Below the pieces are notes generated by a model that did not search any database, had not been told where the DNA came from, and saw only the letters and a program-made list of their open reading frames with translations. Below are positions 21,163 to 31,038 of a stretch of DNA of 64,000 nucleotides, one piece after another. Each line of letters opens with the position of its first letter. Within the stretch, counting starts at the first letter, position 1. The translations under genes were made by a program, and so were the position numbers. Source of the stretch: an uncultured Coriobacteriaceae bacterium (GTDB lineage Bacteria; Actinomycetota; Coriobacteriia; Coriobacteriales; Coriobacteriaceae); contig CASEER010000004.1 in NCBI GenBank assembly GCA_949287085.1, positions 16,319 through 80,318 of the forward strand, read 5' to 3'.

Positions 21163-22137
21163 ATGCCTAGGAAGAAGGCTGACGCGTTGGGGGCTGAGGT
21201 ATCAGATTCGCGAGCGGAGTCCAACGAGCGGTTTCTCGCGTGCCTCGATGACTATATTGTCTATATAGCGCGCGTTGCGGGCTTCTCGCCCGAAACCGTT
21301 CGCGCGTACGAGGCGCATATTCAGGCCTATGAACGCTGGTGCGGACGAGCGGGCATCGACGCCCTGCACCCGTCGATTCATGACCTGCGTGGGTATCTTG
21401 CCGACCTTAAGCGAGGCGGATACGCTATGCGCACCATCGCGGCGCATCTCTCGGCGGTACGGTCGTTCTTTAAATGGTGCCTGGTAGAGGGTATGGTGGA
21501 CAGCGATGTGGCGCAGCTGGTCCAGATGCCCAAGATGCCTCAGACGCTGCCGACGACGGTATCTGACCGTGATATGGAGCGTTTGCTTGCTACGCCCGAT
21601 ACTTCGACCGCTGAGGGCAAGCGCGACGCAGCGATGCTTGAGCTGTTCTATGCCACCGGCGCACGCATCGCGGAGCTCGCGCGTCTTGACTGCAGCGACG
21701 TTGACTGGTCTGCGCGCACGGTTCGGCTGTTTGGCAAGGGGTCCAAGGAGCGCATCGTACCCGTGTATCTGCGAGCGCTGCAGGCCGCAAAGGTCTATCT
21801 TGCGGACGCACGTCCTCAGCTGCTAGCGGCATCGGGACGCCGCAATGCGTCGGTAACCGCGTTCTTTGTGTCTGCGCGCGGCACTCGCATGGATGCCAAT
21901 GCGCTGCGGTATCGGTTTCAGAAGCTCTGCCGGGCGGCGGGGCTTCCTTGTGAGGTCACCCCTCATGTGATGCGCCATACGTTCGCGACCGATCTGCTTG
22001 CGGGCGGTGCCGATTTGCGGAGTGTTCAAGAGCTGCTGGGCCATGCGAGTCTTTCGACCACAACGCTCTACACGCATGTGACGCCCGATCGCCTGAAGAA
22101 CGCAGTGCATCAGGCGCATCCCCGGGCAGATGCGTAA
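21163..22137 (+). CDS. xerC: Tyrosine recombinase, XerC/D family
   Basis: ATGARIAE (R), GKGSKER (K), HVMRH, LGH, LYTH (Y); dprA-trmFO-xerC synteny. Confidence 0.88.
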   Translation: MPRKKADALGAEVSDSRAESNERFLACLDDYIVYIARVAGFSPETVRAYEAHIQAYERWCGRAGIDALHPSIHDLRGYLADLKRGGYAMRTIAAHLSAVRSFFKWCLVEGMVDSDVAQLVQMPKMPQTLPTTVSDRDMERLLATPDTSTAEGKRDAAMLELFYATGARIAELARLDCSDVDWSARTVRLFGKGSKERIVPVYLRALQAAKVYLADARPQLLAASGRRNASVTAFFVSARGTRMDANALRYRFQKLCRAAGLPCEVTPHVMRHTFATDLLAGGADLRSVQELLGHASLSTTTLYTHVTPDRLKNAVHQAHPRADA

Positions 22138-22232
22138 GCGCGCTCTCGTGCGGCGATTTCGGGGGCCCGGCGCTGCATGTGCGGTAGGAGCGGGCAACAG
22201 TGTCGGGGAGTCCGTGGAGAATGGATTTGCTC

Positions 22233-22261
22233 TTGGAAACCTGAGTAAGACCTGTTATTAT
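22233..22261 (+). promoter_or_regulatory. Promoter of rpsB-tsf
   Basis: TTGGAA-17 nt-TATTAT. Confidence 0.55.
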
Positions 22262-22292
22262 GCAGAACGTTGCCGATTTGGCAGCGGTTATA

Positions 22293-22392
22293 TCACACAC
22301 GCGCGGCTACTTTCTCGCCGTGGTGCCCAAGTGCCGGTAGCACAGGCTTGGGTGGCAGGGAAGGGCTGACCCCGCGCGGAGGACAACCACAG
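22293..22392 (+). ncRNA. rpsB 5' leader (S2 autoregulatory / t44-like RNA)
   Basis: CACACACGCGCGG...GGTGC...CCGCGCGGAGG structured leader immediately upstream of rpsB. Confidence 0.6.
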
Positions 22393-22402
22393 GAGGTTAC
22401 AC

Positions 22403-23191
22403 ATGGCTACCAAGATTACGATTCAGACCCTGCTTGATGCCGGTTGCCACTTTGGCCACCAGACGCACCGCTGGAACCCGAAGATGAAGCCGTACATCTT
22501 CGGCGTGCGCAACGGTATGCACATCCTCGACCTCAAGCAGACCATCATCAACGCCGACCAGGCCTACACCTTCATGCGCAACACCGCGCGGGGCGGCAAG
22601 ATCCTCTTCGTGGGCACCAAGAAGCAGGCTCAGGAGGCCGTGAAGAACGCTGCCGAGCGTTGCGGCATGCCCTACATCAACCAGCGCTGGCTCGGCGGCA
22701 TGCTCACCAACTTCGTGACCATCCGTTCGCGCATCAACCGCATGGAGGAGCTCGAGGCCATGGTCGCCGACGGCCGCATGGCGCTGCTGCCTAAGAAGGA
22801 GCAGTCGGTGCTGGGCAAGGAGCTCGCCAAGCTCCAGGCCAATCTCGGTGGCGCTCGCGACCTCAAGGGTCTGCCGGCGGCGCTCTTTGTCATTGACACC
22901 AAGCGCGAGGTGAACGCCATCAAGGAGGCCCGTCGCCTCAACATCCCCGTCATCGCGCTCCTCGACACCAACTCCGATCCCGATGAGGTCAACGAGAACG
23001 GCATCGGCATCCCCTGCAATGACGACGCCATCAGCTCCGTGACCCTGATGTGCGAGCTCATGGCCGACGCCTGCATTGCCGGCAGCGACAAGCCCGAGGT
23101 CACTGCTTCCGAGATGGCCGGCTCCGAGCTCCCCGCCGAGGAGGCTCCCGTGGCCGAGGCTGCCGCTCCCGAGGCTGCCTCCGCTGAGTAG
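22403..23191 (+). CDS. rpsB: 30S ribosomal protein S2
   Basis: AGCHFGHQT, WNPKM, RWLGGMLTN, NDDA. Confidence 0.98.
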   Translation: MATKITIQTLLDAGCHFGHQTHRWNPKMKPYIFGVRNGMHILDLKQTIINADQAYTFMRNTARGGKILFVGTKKQAQEAVKNAAERCGMPYINQRWLGGMLTNFVTIRSRINRMEELEAMVADGRMALLPKKEQSVLGKELAKLQANLGGARDLKGLPAALFVIDTKREVNAIKEARRLNIPVIALLDTNSDPDEVNENGIGIPCNDDAISSVTLMCELMADACIAGSDKPEVTASEMAGSELPAEEAPVAEAAAPEAASAE

Positions 23192-23262
23192 ATTGTGCTC
23201 GTAACCAATGCGGACCGCGCTTCCCATGGCACGGTCCGCATTGAAGGCTTACCTGCCTGTCT

Positions 23263-23300
23263 TTTTTGACCGGAACCGGTCAATTTGAACCTGTCCTCAA
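23263..23300. repeat. Dispersed copy of the REP-like repeat in the rpsB-tsf spacer
   Basis: TTTGACCGGAACCGGTCAATTTGAACCTGTCCTCAA aligns with 7464-7499 TTTGACCGATAACTGGTCAGGTTGAACCCGTCCCCA. Confidence 0.65.
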
Positions 23301-23323
23301 ATTGGAAAGAGAAAGGGGCCAAG

Positions 23324-24196
23324 ATGGCCAACATTACCGCCGCCCAGGTCAAGCAGCTCCGCGAGATGACCGACTCCCCGATGATGGAGTGCAAGAAGGC
23401 ACTCGTCGAGGCCGACGGCGACATGGACGCTGCTGTTGACATCCTCCGTAAGAACGGCCTTGCTGCTGCCGCCAAGAAGGCTGGCCGCGAGACTAACGAG
23501 GGCGCCGTGGGCGCGTATGTGTCCGAGGACGCCACTGCCGGCGCGCTTTGCGAGGTCGCGTGCGAGACTGACTTCGTGGGTTCCAACCCCAAGTTCACCG
23601 GCTTTGCCACCGCTGTGGCCAAGGTCGTCTCTGAGACCAACCCTGCCGACGTTGACGTGCTCCTCAAGGAGCCCATGGAGGGCGAGACCGTTGAGTCCGC
23701 GCTCACCGAGCTCATCCACACCATGGGCGAGAACATGAAGGTCACCCGTTTTGCCGCCCGCAAGGCTGCTAACGGTGCTGTTTCGAGCTATGTGCACATG
23801 GGTGGCAAGATCGGCGTACTCGTGGAGTTTGCCTTCAACAACGCTGAAACCGCTCAGAACGAGGCCTTCAAGACCTTCGCGCACGATGTCTGCCTGCAGG
23901 TTGCCGCCGTTGCGCCGATTTGCGCCGTGCGTGAGGACGTCCCGGCCGAGACCGTTGAGCATGAGATGAACATCTACAAGGCCCAGGCTGCCGAGTCCGG
24001 TAAGCCCGAGGCCATCCAGGAGAAGATCGCTACCGGTCGCCTGGAGAAGTTCTACAAGGAGTCCGTGCTTACTGAGCAGGCCTTTGTAAAGGACGCCGAC
24101 ATGACCATCGCTCAGTACGCCGCCAAGGTTTCCAAGGAGTGCGGCGACGAGATCAAGGTCGTGGGCTTCGATCGCATTTCCCGCGCTGACGCGTAG
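23324..24196 (+). CDS. tsf: Elongation factor Ts
   Basis: VKQLREMT..MMECKKAL, CETDFV. Confidence 0.98.
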   Translation: MANITAAQVKQLREMTDSPMMECKKALVEADGDMDAAVDILRKNGLAAAAKKAGRETNEGAVGAYVSEDATAGALCEVACETDFVGSNPKFTGFATAVAKVVSETNPADVDVLLKEPMEGETVESALTELIHTMGENMKVTRFAARKAANGAVSSYVHMGGKIGVLVEFAFNNAETAQNEAFKTFAHDVCLQVAAVAPICAVREDVPAETVEHEMNIYKAQAAESGKPEAIQEKIATGRLEKFYKESVLTEQAFVKDADMTIAQYAAKVSKECGDEIKVVGFDRISRADA

Positions 24197-24216
24197 TCGT
24201 TGCCGTCATATGATGG

Positions 24217-24253
24217 AAAAGAGGGCAGCTGGATTTTCCAGGTGCCCTTTTTT
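24217..24253 (+). terminator. Intrinsic terminator after tsf
   Basis: AGGGCAGCTGGA-TTT-TCCAGGTGCCCT followed by a T tract. Confidence 0.7.
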
Positions 24254-24418
24254 CAAGCTTGTCTTACGCCCGAGCCCAGCTCATACCTGCATGCTGCTGC
24301 TTGGCTTGTGACGCCCTCTTCCACCGTTTGCGGTTCCCATGACCGCTGACGGCTTTGCATACGGCGGATGGTGCCACTTTGTTAGAATGGCGTAAGGAAC
24401 GACCTAAGGAGGATTCTG

Positions 24419-25141
24419 TTGTCCGACTATCGATATAAACGCGTGCTCCTAAAACTCTCCGGTGAGGCCCTGATGGGCGACGGCTCCTATGGCATTGACC
24501 CTGCGGTAACCGACCGCTTGGCCCGCCAGGTTGCCGAGCTCCACGACGATGGCATTGAGGTTGGCGTTGTCGTGGGCGGCGGCAATATCTTCCGCGGTAT
24601 GGCGGGCGCTGCTAAGGGCATGGATCGCGCTCAGGCCGACTATATGGGTATGCTTGCGACGGTCATGAACGCCCTGGCGCTGCAGGATGCATTTGAGCAC
24701 GCCGGTTGCGAGTGCCGGGTCATGAGCGCTATTCAGATGAACGAGGTGTGCGAGCCGTATATTCGCCGTCGCGCCATGCATCATCTGGAGAAGGGCGATG
24801 TGGTCATCTTTGCTGCCGGGTCGGGCAACCCCTACTTTACGACCGATACCGCCGCGGCGCTGCGTGCGTGCGAGATCGATGCCGACTGCCTCATCAAGGC
24901 AACCAAGGTGAACGGCATCTACGACAAAGATCCCGTGAAGAACGACGACGCCGTGCGCTTTGATACGATCTCGTACCACGAGGTGCTCGTGCGCGGCCTG
25001 CAGGTTATGGACACCACGGCCACGGCGCTTTGCCAGGACAACCGTATGCCCATCATCGTCTTGAACATCGAGGGCGAGGACACGATCAAGCGCGCGCTTG
25101 AGGGCGAGCCCATTGGCACCGTTGTCGTTGAGGAGGACTAA
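24419..25141 (+). CDS. pyrH: UMP kinase
   Basis: [27 protein letters not shown]. Confidence 0.98.
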   Translation: MSDYRYKRVLLKLSGEALMGDGSYGIDPAVTDRLARQVAELHDDGIEVGVVVGGGNIFRGMAGAAKGMDRAQADYMGMLATVMNALALQDAFEHAGCECRVMSAIQMNEVCEPYIRRRAMHHLEKGDVVIFAAGSGNPYFTTDTAAALRACEIDADCLIKATKVNGIYDKDPVKNDDAVRFDTISYHEVLVRGLQVMDTTATALCQDNRMPIIVLNIEGEDTIKRALEGEPIGTVVVEED

Positions 25142-25142
25142 C

Positions 25143-25676
25143 ATGGCACAGATTACCGACCGTATGGATAAGACGCTCGAGAGCCTGGCGCACGAATTTG
25201 CCAAGGTTCGTACGGGGCGTGCAAATGCGAACGTTCTCTCCGACATCACCATTGACTACTATGGTGTGCCCACGCCCATTACGCAGGTTGCCGCCGTCAA
25301 GGTCCCCGAGGCGCACATGCTTATGGTTGAGCCCTGGGACAAGTCGGTCCTGAACGCGATCGTCCACGCTATCAACGCTTCTGACCTGGGCATCACGCCC
25401 TCCTCCGACGGCATGGTGGTGCGTCTGCCGTTCCCGGAGCCCACCGAGGAGCGCCGCCGCGAGCTGGTTAAGGAGTGCCGCGAGATTGCCGAGCAGGCGC
25501 GCGTCTCGATCCGCAACATTCGCCGCGACGAGAACGGAAAAATCGAGCGTAACGAAGACCTCTCTGAGGACGACGTTCGTCGTGAGCAGGCCAAGGTCCA
25601 GAAGCATACCGACACCTACATCAAGAAGATCGACGATATGCTGAAGACCAAAGAAGCCGAGGTCATGGAGATCTAA
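25143..25676 (+). CDS. frr: Ribosome recycling factor
   Basis: RTGRA, TEERRRELVK, IRNIRRD. Confidence 0.97.
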   Translation: MAQITDRMDKTLESLAHEFAKVRTGRANANVLSDITIDYYGVPTPITQVAAVKVPEAHMLMVEPWDKSVLNAIVHAINASDLGITPSSDGMVVRLPFPEPTEERRRELVKECREIAEQARVSIRNIRRDENGKIERNEDLSEDDVRREQAKVQKHTDTYIKKIDDMLKTKEAEVMEI

Positions 25677-25677
25677 C

Positions 25678-26481
25678 GTGGAACAGGTGGACTACGACGA
25701 CTCGACCTTCGAAACGTTTTTTTCGAATCCGCCGGCGGAGCTCGCGTTTGACCAGCTCGACCTCAACCGTATCCCGCGGCACATATCGTGCATCATGGAC
25801 GGTAACGGCCGTTGGGCCACGGCGCGCGGGCTCAACCGCGGCGAGGGCCACAAAGCGGGCATCGTGGCGCTTCGCGAGATCATTACGGCCTGCGTCCGCT
25901 TGGGCGTAGACGTGCTTTCTGCCTATGCGTTTTCGACCGAGAACTGGAAGCGCCCCAAGCAGGAAGTCAACCTGCTTATGCATTTGTTTGCGCAGACGTT
26001 TGTGGACGAGCTCCCGCTGCTTAAGCGCGAGAACGTGCGCGTGGTCTTTTTGGGCGATATTTCCGCCTTGCCCAAACGCACCCGTGACGTGTTTGAGTTC
26101 GGCCTCAACGAGACCGCGCATCATACCGGCATGGTGCTCGCGCTTGCCGTGAACTACGGTGCTCGCGCCGAGCTCACGCGCGCCGCGCGCTTGCTTGCCG
26201 AGGACGTTGCCGCTGGTCGCCTGACGTCCGAGCACATTGACGAGCAGGCGGTGGCCGGCAAGCTCTACACCGCGGGCCTTCCGGACCCTGAGCTTATCAT
26301 CCGCACCTCGGGTGAGCTGCGCTTGTCCAACTACTTGCTGTGGCAGGCGGCGTATTCGGAGTTCTATATCACCAGCACCTATTGGCCCGACTTCAACCGG
26401 TGGGAGCTCATCGATGCGATTTTAGCGTTCCAGGGGCGCGACCGCCGCTTTGGCGGGCTCAGCAAGGGGCGTGAGGCGTAA
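25678..26481 (+). CDS. uppS: Undecaprenyl/isoprenyl diphosphate synthase
   Basis: IMDGNGRWA, FSTENWKRP, IRTSGELRLSNYLLWQ. Confidence 0.97.
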   Translation: MEQVDYDDSTFETFFSNPPAELAFDQLDLNRIPRHISCIMDGNGRWATARGLNRGEGHKAGIVALREIITACVRLGVDVLSAYAFSTENWKRPKQEVNLLMHLFAQTFVDELPLLKRENVRVVFLGDISALPKRTRDVFEFGLNETAHHTGMVLALAVNYGARAELTRAARLLAEDVAAGRLTSEHIDEQAVAGKLYTAGLPDPELIIRTSGELRLSNYLLWQAAYSEFYITSTYWPDFNRWELIDAILAFQGRDRRFGGLSKGREA

Positions 26482-27386
26482 TGGCGACCAAGCGACCTGC
26501 TGCACGCACAACGGCGCGGCGTCCACAGCATCATTCAATTGATAGCCCGGTGGAGGCGTCTGAGCAAGAAGAGGGCCCAGCGTTTTCGGGGCTTGCGACG
26601 CGTATTGTCTCTGGCGTGATTTACGTTGGCCTGTTTATCGGCTGCATCCTGTGGGGTACCATCTCGACCGCGGTGTTCGTGGCGATTATCAGCGTGCTCT
26701 GCTGCCATGAGTTCTTTCAGATGGTCAAACGCGATGGCAAGGTTCCCAACGAGCTTTTGGGCGATATCGCTGCACTGCTGTTCCCCATCTCCGCGCTGGG
26801 CGACTCGCTCTTGCTTTCCGCCTTGCTGTTCCTGCTCATTCTGGCGGTGGGGCTGTGGTATGTGTATTCTCCCCGTACCCGCATTTCCGATGTTGCCGCC
26901 ACGCTCATGGGGCCGCTCTATACCGGCTTCATGCTCTCAGCCATCGTCCTCTTGCGTGACGCGCTGCCGGGTTTCCCGGGTGCGCTTTTGACCGTCGGCG
27001 TATGCGCGTCGCTGTGGGTGTCCGATTCCTGTGCCTACTTGGTGGGTCGTGCCGTTGGGCGCCATAAGATGGCACCCCGCATCAGCCCGCACAAAACCTG
27101 GGAAGGCTTTGTGGGCGGCATCCTGGGCTCCGTCATCGTGTGGCTCATTCTCTTGGTTACGGGCTACTTCAGCTTCAACATCTTCTTCGCGCTCGGCTGC
27201 GGTGTTGCCGTGGCCATTCTGGGCGTGTTCGGCGACCTCATCGAATCGCGCCTCAAGCGCGGCGTGGGCGTTAAGGACTCGGGCAACCTGATTCCCGGCC
27301 ACGGCGGTATGCTCGACCGCTGCGATTCGCTCATCTTTGGGTGCATTACGGCCGAGCTCATCTTGGTGCTGGGAGGTGTGCTGTGA
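26481..27386 (+). CDS. cdsA: Phosphatidate cytidylyltransferase
   Basis: ISPHKTWEG, KDSGNLIPGHGGMLDRCDS. Confidence 0.96.
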   Translation: MATKRPAARTTARRPQHHSIDSPVEASEQEEGPAFSGLATRIVSGVIYVGLFIGCILWGTISTAVFVAIISVLCCHEFFQMVKRDGKVPNELLGDIAALLFPISALGDSLLLSALLFLLILAVGLWYVYSPRTRISDVAATLMGPLYTGFMLSAIVLLRDALPGFPGALLTVGVCASLWVSDSCAYLVGRAVGRHKMAPRISPHKTWEGFVGGILGSVIVWLILLVTGYFSFNIFFALGCGVAVAILGVFGDLIESRLKRGVGVKDSGNLIPGHGGMLDRCDSLIFGCITAELILVLGGVL

Positions 27387-28564
27387 TGGCTTCAGAGGAG
27401 CATAAGCTTCGCGTTGCGGTGCTGGGGTGCACGGGTTCCATTGGTACCCAGACGCTTGATGTGTGCCGCCAGCACGCTGACCGACTTGATGTGGTGGCGT
27501 TGAGCGCCCATAGTCGTACGGCCGAGCTCGTACAGACGGCGCGTGACTATGGTGTTGCGTGCGTTGCGGTCACCGACGAGCGCCATGCTTCTGATCCGGT
27601 ACTTCAGGAGCTCCCTGCAGGTACGGAGCTCCTGCGTGGCCATGAGGCCTTGGCCGAGATCGTGCAGCGCGCCGATGTTGACTGCGTGCTCAACGCCGTC
27701 GTGGGCGCTGCGGGCCTTGAGGCTAGCTATGCGACGCTTAAGGCGGGCAAGCGCTTGGCGCTCGCAAACAAGGAGTCGCTCGTCGTGGGGGGCGAGCTGC
27801 TCATGCCCATGGCGACGCACGACCAGATGCTTCCGGTGGATTCTGAGCACAGCGCCATTTTTCAGTGCCTGGTGGGGGAGCGGGCAAACCGCGTTCACGC
27901 CATCTGGCTCACCTGCTCGGGCGGCCCGTTCTTTGGGCGGAGCGCCGCTGAGCTTGAGTCGGTTACCGTTGCGGACGCGCTCCGCCATCCCAACTGGGCA
28001 ATGGGTCCCAAGATTACCGTGGACTCTGCGACTTTGATGAACAAGGGCCTGGAGCGCATTGAGGCCATGCATCTCTTTGGTGTGGGTATCGACCAGATTC
28101 CCGTGCTCATCCAGCGCGAATCCACCATCCATTCGATGGTCGAGTTTGTCGACGGTTCGGTCATCGCACAGCTCGGCGCCTCGGACATGCGCATTCCCAT
28201 CCAGTATGCGCTGTCGTATCCCGAACGCTGGGACACACCATGTGACCGTGTGGACTTTCGTGCGTTGGGCTCGCTTACCATGACGGCGCCCGATCCCGTG
28301 GCGTTCCGCTGTTTGGCGCTCGCCGAGCGTGCTGGCCGCGAGGGTGGCACGGTTCCCTGCGTGCTCAATGCTGCCAACGAAATTGCCGTCGGCGCTTTTC
28401 TTGCCGGTAGCTGCTCGTTTACGGACATCGCTCGCGTGGTTGAGGCAACGCTTGACGCGCACGATCGCAGTGAGGTTGAATCGCTCGAGCAGCTCAAGCA
28501 AATCGATGCCTGGGCGCGTTCCTGCGCACAGGACCAGCTGAGCCGCTTGGTGCTGCATGCGTAG
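27386..28564 (+). CDS. dxr: 1-deoxy-D-xylulose-5-phosphate reductoisomerase
   Basis: GCTGSIG, LANKESL, PVDSEH, HPNWAMG, NAANE. Confidence 0.97.
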   Translation: MASEEHKLRVAVLGCTGSIGTQTLDVCRQHADRLDVVALSAHSRTAELVQTARDYGVACVAVTDERHASDPVLQELPAGTELLRGHEALAEIVQRADVDCVLNAVVGAAGLEASYATLKAGKRLALANKESLVVGGELLMPMATHDQMLPVDSEHSAIFQCLVGERANRVHAIWLTCSGGPFFGRSAAELESVTVADALRHPNWAMGPKITVDSATLMNKGLERIEAMHLFGVGIDQIPVLIQRESTIHSMVEFVDGSVIAQLGASDMRIPIQYALSYPERWDTPCDRVDFRALGSLTMTAPDPVAFRCLALAERAGREGGTVPCVLNAANEIAVGAFLAGSCSFTDIARVVEATLDAHDRSEVESLEQLKQIDAWARSCAQDQLSRLVLHA

Positions 28565-28589
28565 CTATTTCCCATTAGAAAGTTGATTC

Positions 28590-29957
28590 ATGGATGCGTT
28601 GATCAGTGTAGTTACAACGATCTTTTGGGGGCTGGTACTGCTTTCGGCGCTGGTCTTTTTGCACGAGGGCGGTCACTTTCTTGCGGCGCGCCTCTGCGGT
28701 GTGCGCGTTACCGAGTACTTCCTGGGCCTGCCCTGTCGCTTTAATTTGAGCCACGTATCGCGCCGCATGGGCACGCGTTTTGGCATCACGCCGCTTTTAT
28801 TGGGCGGCTACGCCATGATTTGCGGCATGGATCCCACCAAGAGCGAGCTTGCGCCCGCGGTGCTCACGTTGGTGCATCGGCGCGGAACCGTTTCGGTCGC
28901 CAGCATTGCGCAGGAGCTGTCATGCACCCCGAACGAGGCGCTTGAAGCCTGCATGCAGCTCATGGATTGGGGCTCGATCGCTCCCGTATACGACGAGGTT
29001 GCAGGCGAGCGTCCCGGATCGGGAACGTATCCAGAAACGTATGCGTCGGTTGCCCGCGACCCTCATGGTGCGACGGTGTTTGACGGCCGGCGCTTTGACC
29101 GGGCGCACGCATCAAAGGAAGGTGAGCCCTGGGAGCCGCCGCTTGACGAGGCCGCGTTTTATGAACTCGAGCGCTCGCGCACCTATGCGGGCAAGGGCTT
29201 TTGGCCGCGCGCGTTCATGCTCGTTGCCGGCATCCTCGTCAACCTGCTTTCGGGCCTGCTCTTGCTCATGAGCATCTATTCGCTGGTGGGTATTCGGGTA
29301 AGCTACAACGTGAACCAGGTCGGCGAGGTCCAGGCCAGCTCAGAGGCGGCGCAGGTGGGTCTTGCCGCGGGCGATACCATTCTTTCTGTCGATGGCAAGG
29401 CAACCGCTACGTGGAATGATGTGACCGACGCCATCCATGATGCGCAAGGGTCCGGACCCTTTGAGATCGTGTACGAACATGAGGGTGCAACCAAGCACGC
29501 TACGGCTGAGCTCGATGCGGGCGAATCGCTGGGCATCGGTGTGCCCACCAAGGTCGTGCGCCTCAACCCGCTTGACTCGGCCCGCGTGTCGTTTGAGTAC
29601 ATAGCGCAAACGGCTGCGTCCATCGCAAGCCTCTTCAACCCGGCGCATACCATGGATATGCTTAATAGCAGCACATCCATCGTGGGCATATCGGTCATGA
29701 GTGCTCAAGCTGCGGCGGCGGGCCCGTCAACCTTCTTGACGTTTGCGGCGCTGATTTCGTTCTCGCTCGGCCTCATGAATCTGCTGCCCATCCCGCCCCT
29801 TGATGGCGGCAAGCTTCTTATCGAGATCATTCAGGCCATAACGCGGCGTGAGCTTTCGCTCAAGGTGCAGTCCGCGCTTTCGTACGTTGGCGTGGCGCTC
29901 TTTATGGCCCTCTTTGTGTTTGTGCTGCGCAACGACATCATTCGATTCGTCCTGTAG
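28590..29957 (+). CDS. rseP: RseP/RasP-family site-2 protease (M50, PDZ) with a large cytoplasmic insert
   Basis: HEGGH, LLGGY, PDZ region, NLLPIPPLDGG; dxr-rseP-ispG synteny. Confidence 0.9.
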   Translation: MDALISVVTTIFWGLVLLSALVFLHEGGHFLAARLCGVRVTEYFLGLPCRFNLSHVSRRMGTRFGITPLLLGGYAMICGMDPTKSELAPAVLTLVHRRGTVSVASIAQELSCTPNEALEACMQLMDWGSIAPVYDEVAGERPGSGTYPETYASVARDPHGATVFDGRRFDRAHASKEGEPWEPPLDEAAFYELERSRTYAGKGFWPRAFMLVAGILVNLLSGLLLLMSIYSLVGIRVSYNVNQVGEVQASSEAAQVGLAAGDTILSVDGKATATWNDVTDAIHDAQGSGPFEIVYEHEGATKHATAELDAGESLGIGVPTKVVRLNPLDSARVSFEYIAQTAASIASLFNPAHTMDMLNSSTSIVGISVMSAQAAAAGPSTFLTFAALISFSLGLMNLLPIPPLDGGKLLIEIIQAITRRELSLKVQSALSYVGVALFMALFVFVLRNDIIRFVL

Positions 29958-29973
29958 CTTGGGAGGCATGGCA

Positions 29974-31038
29974 ATGGCAGAGGTTGCACCACGGTCGCTT
30001 ACCCGTCCCGTTATGGTGGGAAACGTGCAAATCGGTGGGGGAGCTCCCGTGGTGGTGCAGTCCATGACGTGCACGCCGACCGCAGACACCGAGGCAACAT
30101 GCGCCCAGGTGAGCGCGCTTGCCCATGCGGGCTGCGATATCGTGCGCGTGACGCTGCCTAACCGCGCCGCGGTGCCAAGCTTTGCGGAGATTTGCGCCGC
30201 GGCCCCCGTGCCCATTGTGGCGGACATTCATTTTGACTATCAGCTTGCCATTGCCGCTGTTGAGGCCGGTGCTGCCAAGCTGCGTATCAACCCCGGAAAC
30301 ATCGGGTCGTGGGAAAAAGTCGATGCTGTTATCGATGCGGCGGGCGCGGCCGGCGTCGCCATTCGCATTGGCGTGAACGCGGGCTCGCTTGAGGAGGACC
30401 TTGCCGCTCGCGACGACCTGACCCAGCCCGAAAAGCTCGTCGCTTCTTCGCTCCGCTTTGTTGAGCATTTTGAGCAGCGCGGCTTTACCAACATTGTCCT
30501 TTCGGCCAAGGCACACAGCGTACCGACGACCATCGAAACCTATCGCGCCCTCTCTCGCGAGCTTCCCCAGGTGCCGCTGCACATTGGCGTGACCGAGGCG
30601 GGGACTGTGCAGCAGGGCACCATCAAGAGCGCCGTGGGCCTGGGCGTGCTGTTGTCTGAAGGCATCGGTGACACCATGCGCGTCTCGCTCACGGCCGACC
30701 CCACCGAAGAGCCGCCCGTTGCCTGGGGCATCCTCCAATGCCTGGGGCTTCGTCGCCGCGGCCCCGAGATTGTGAGCTGCCCCACCTGCGGCCGCACCCA
30801 GGTTGATTTGATCCCCATTGCCCAGGAGGTGGAGCGCCGCCTGAGCACGTGCACCAAACCGGTATCGGTTGCCGTCATGGGCTGCGTCGTTAACGGGCCC
30901 GGCGAGGCGTCTGATGCCGATGTGGGCGTGGCGTGCGGCAAGGGCACCGCGCTGCTGTTCAAGCATGGCAAACCGGTAAGAAAAGTTGTTGAAGGCGACA
31001 TCGTTAACGCGCTGATGGAAGAGATCGACAAGCTCTAA
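29974..31038 (+). CDS. ispG: HMBPP synthase
   Basis: VQSMT, ADIHF, RINPGN, SCPTCGR, MGCVVNGPGE. Confidence 0.97.
   Translation: MAEVAPRSLTRPVMVGNVQIGGGAPVVVQSMTCTPTADTEATCAQVSALAHAGCDIVRVTLPNRAAVPSFAEICAAAPVPIVADIHFDYQLAIAAVEAGAAKLRINPGNIGSWEKVDAVIDAAGAAGVAIRIGVNAGSLEEDLAARDDLTQPEKLVASSLRFVEHFEQRGFTNIVLSAKAHSVPTTIETYRALSRELPQVPLHIGVTEAGTVQQGTIKSAVGLGVLLSEGIGDTMRVSLTADPTEEPPVAWGILQCLGLRRRGPEIVSCPTCGRTQVDLIPIAQEVERRLSTCTKPVSVAVMGCVVNGPGEASDADVGVACGKGTALLFKHGKPVRKVVEGDIVNALMEEIDKL

Noticed and set aside
21163-22137. Tyrosine recombinase as a prophage or island integrase
   Set aside because: Housekeeping dprA-trmFO-xerC context, Xer-like size, no cargo or att repeats
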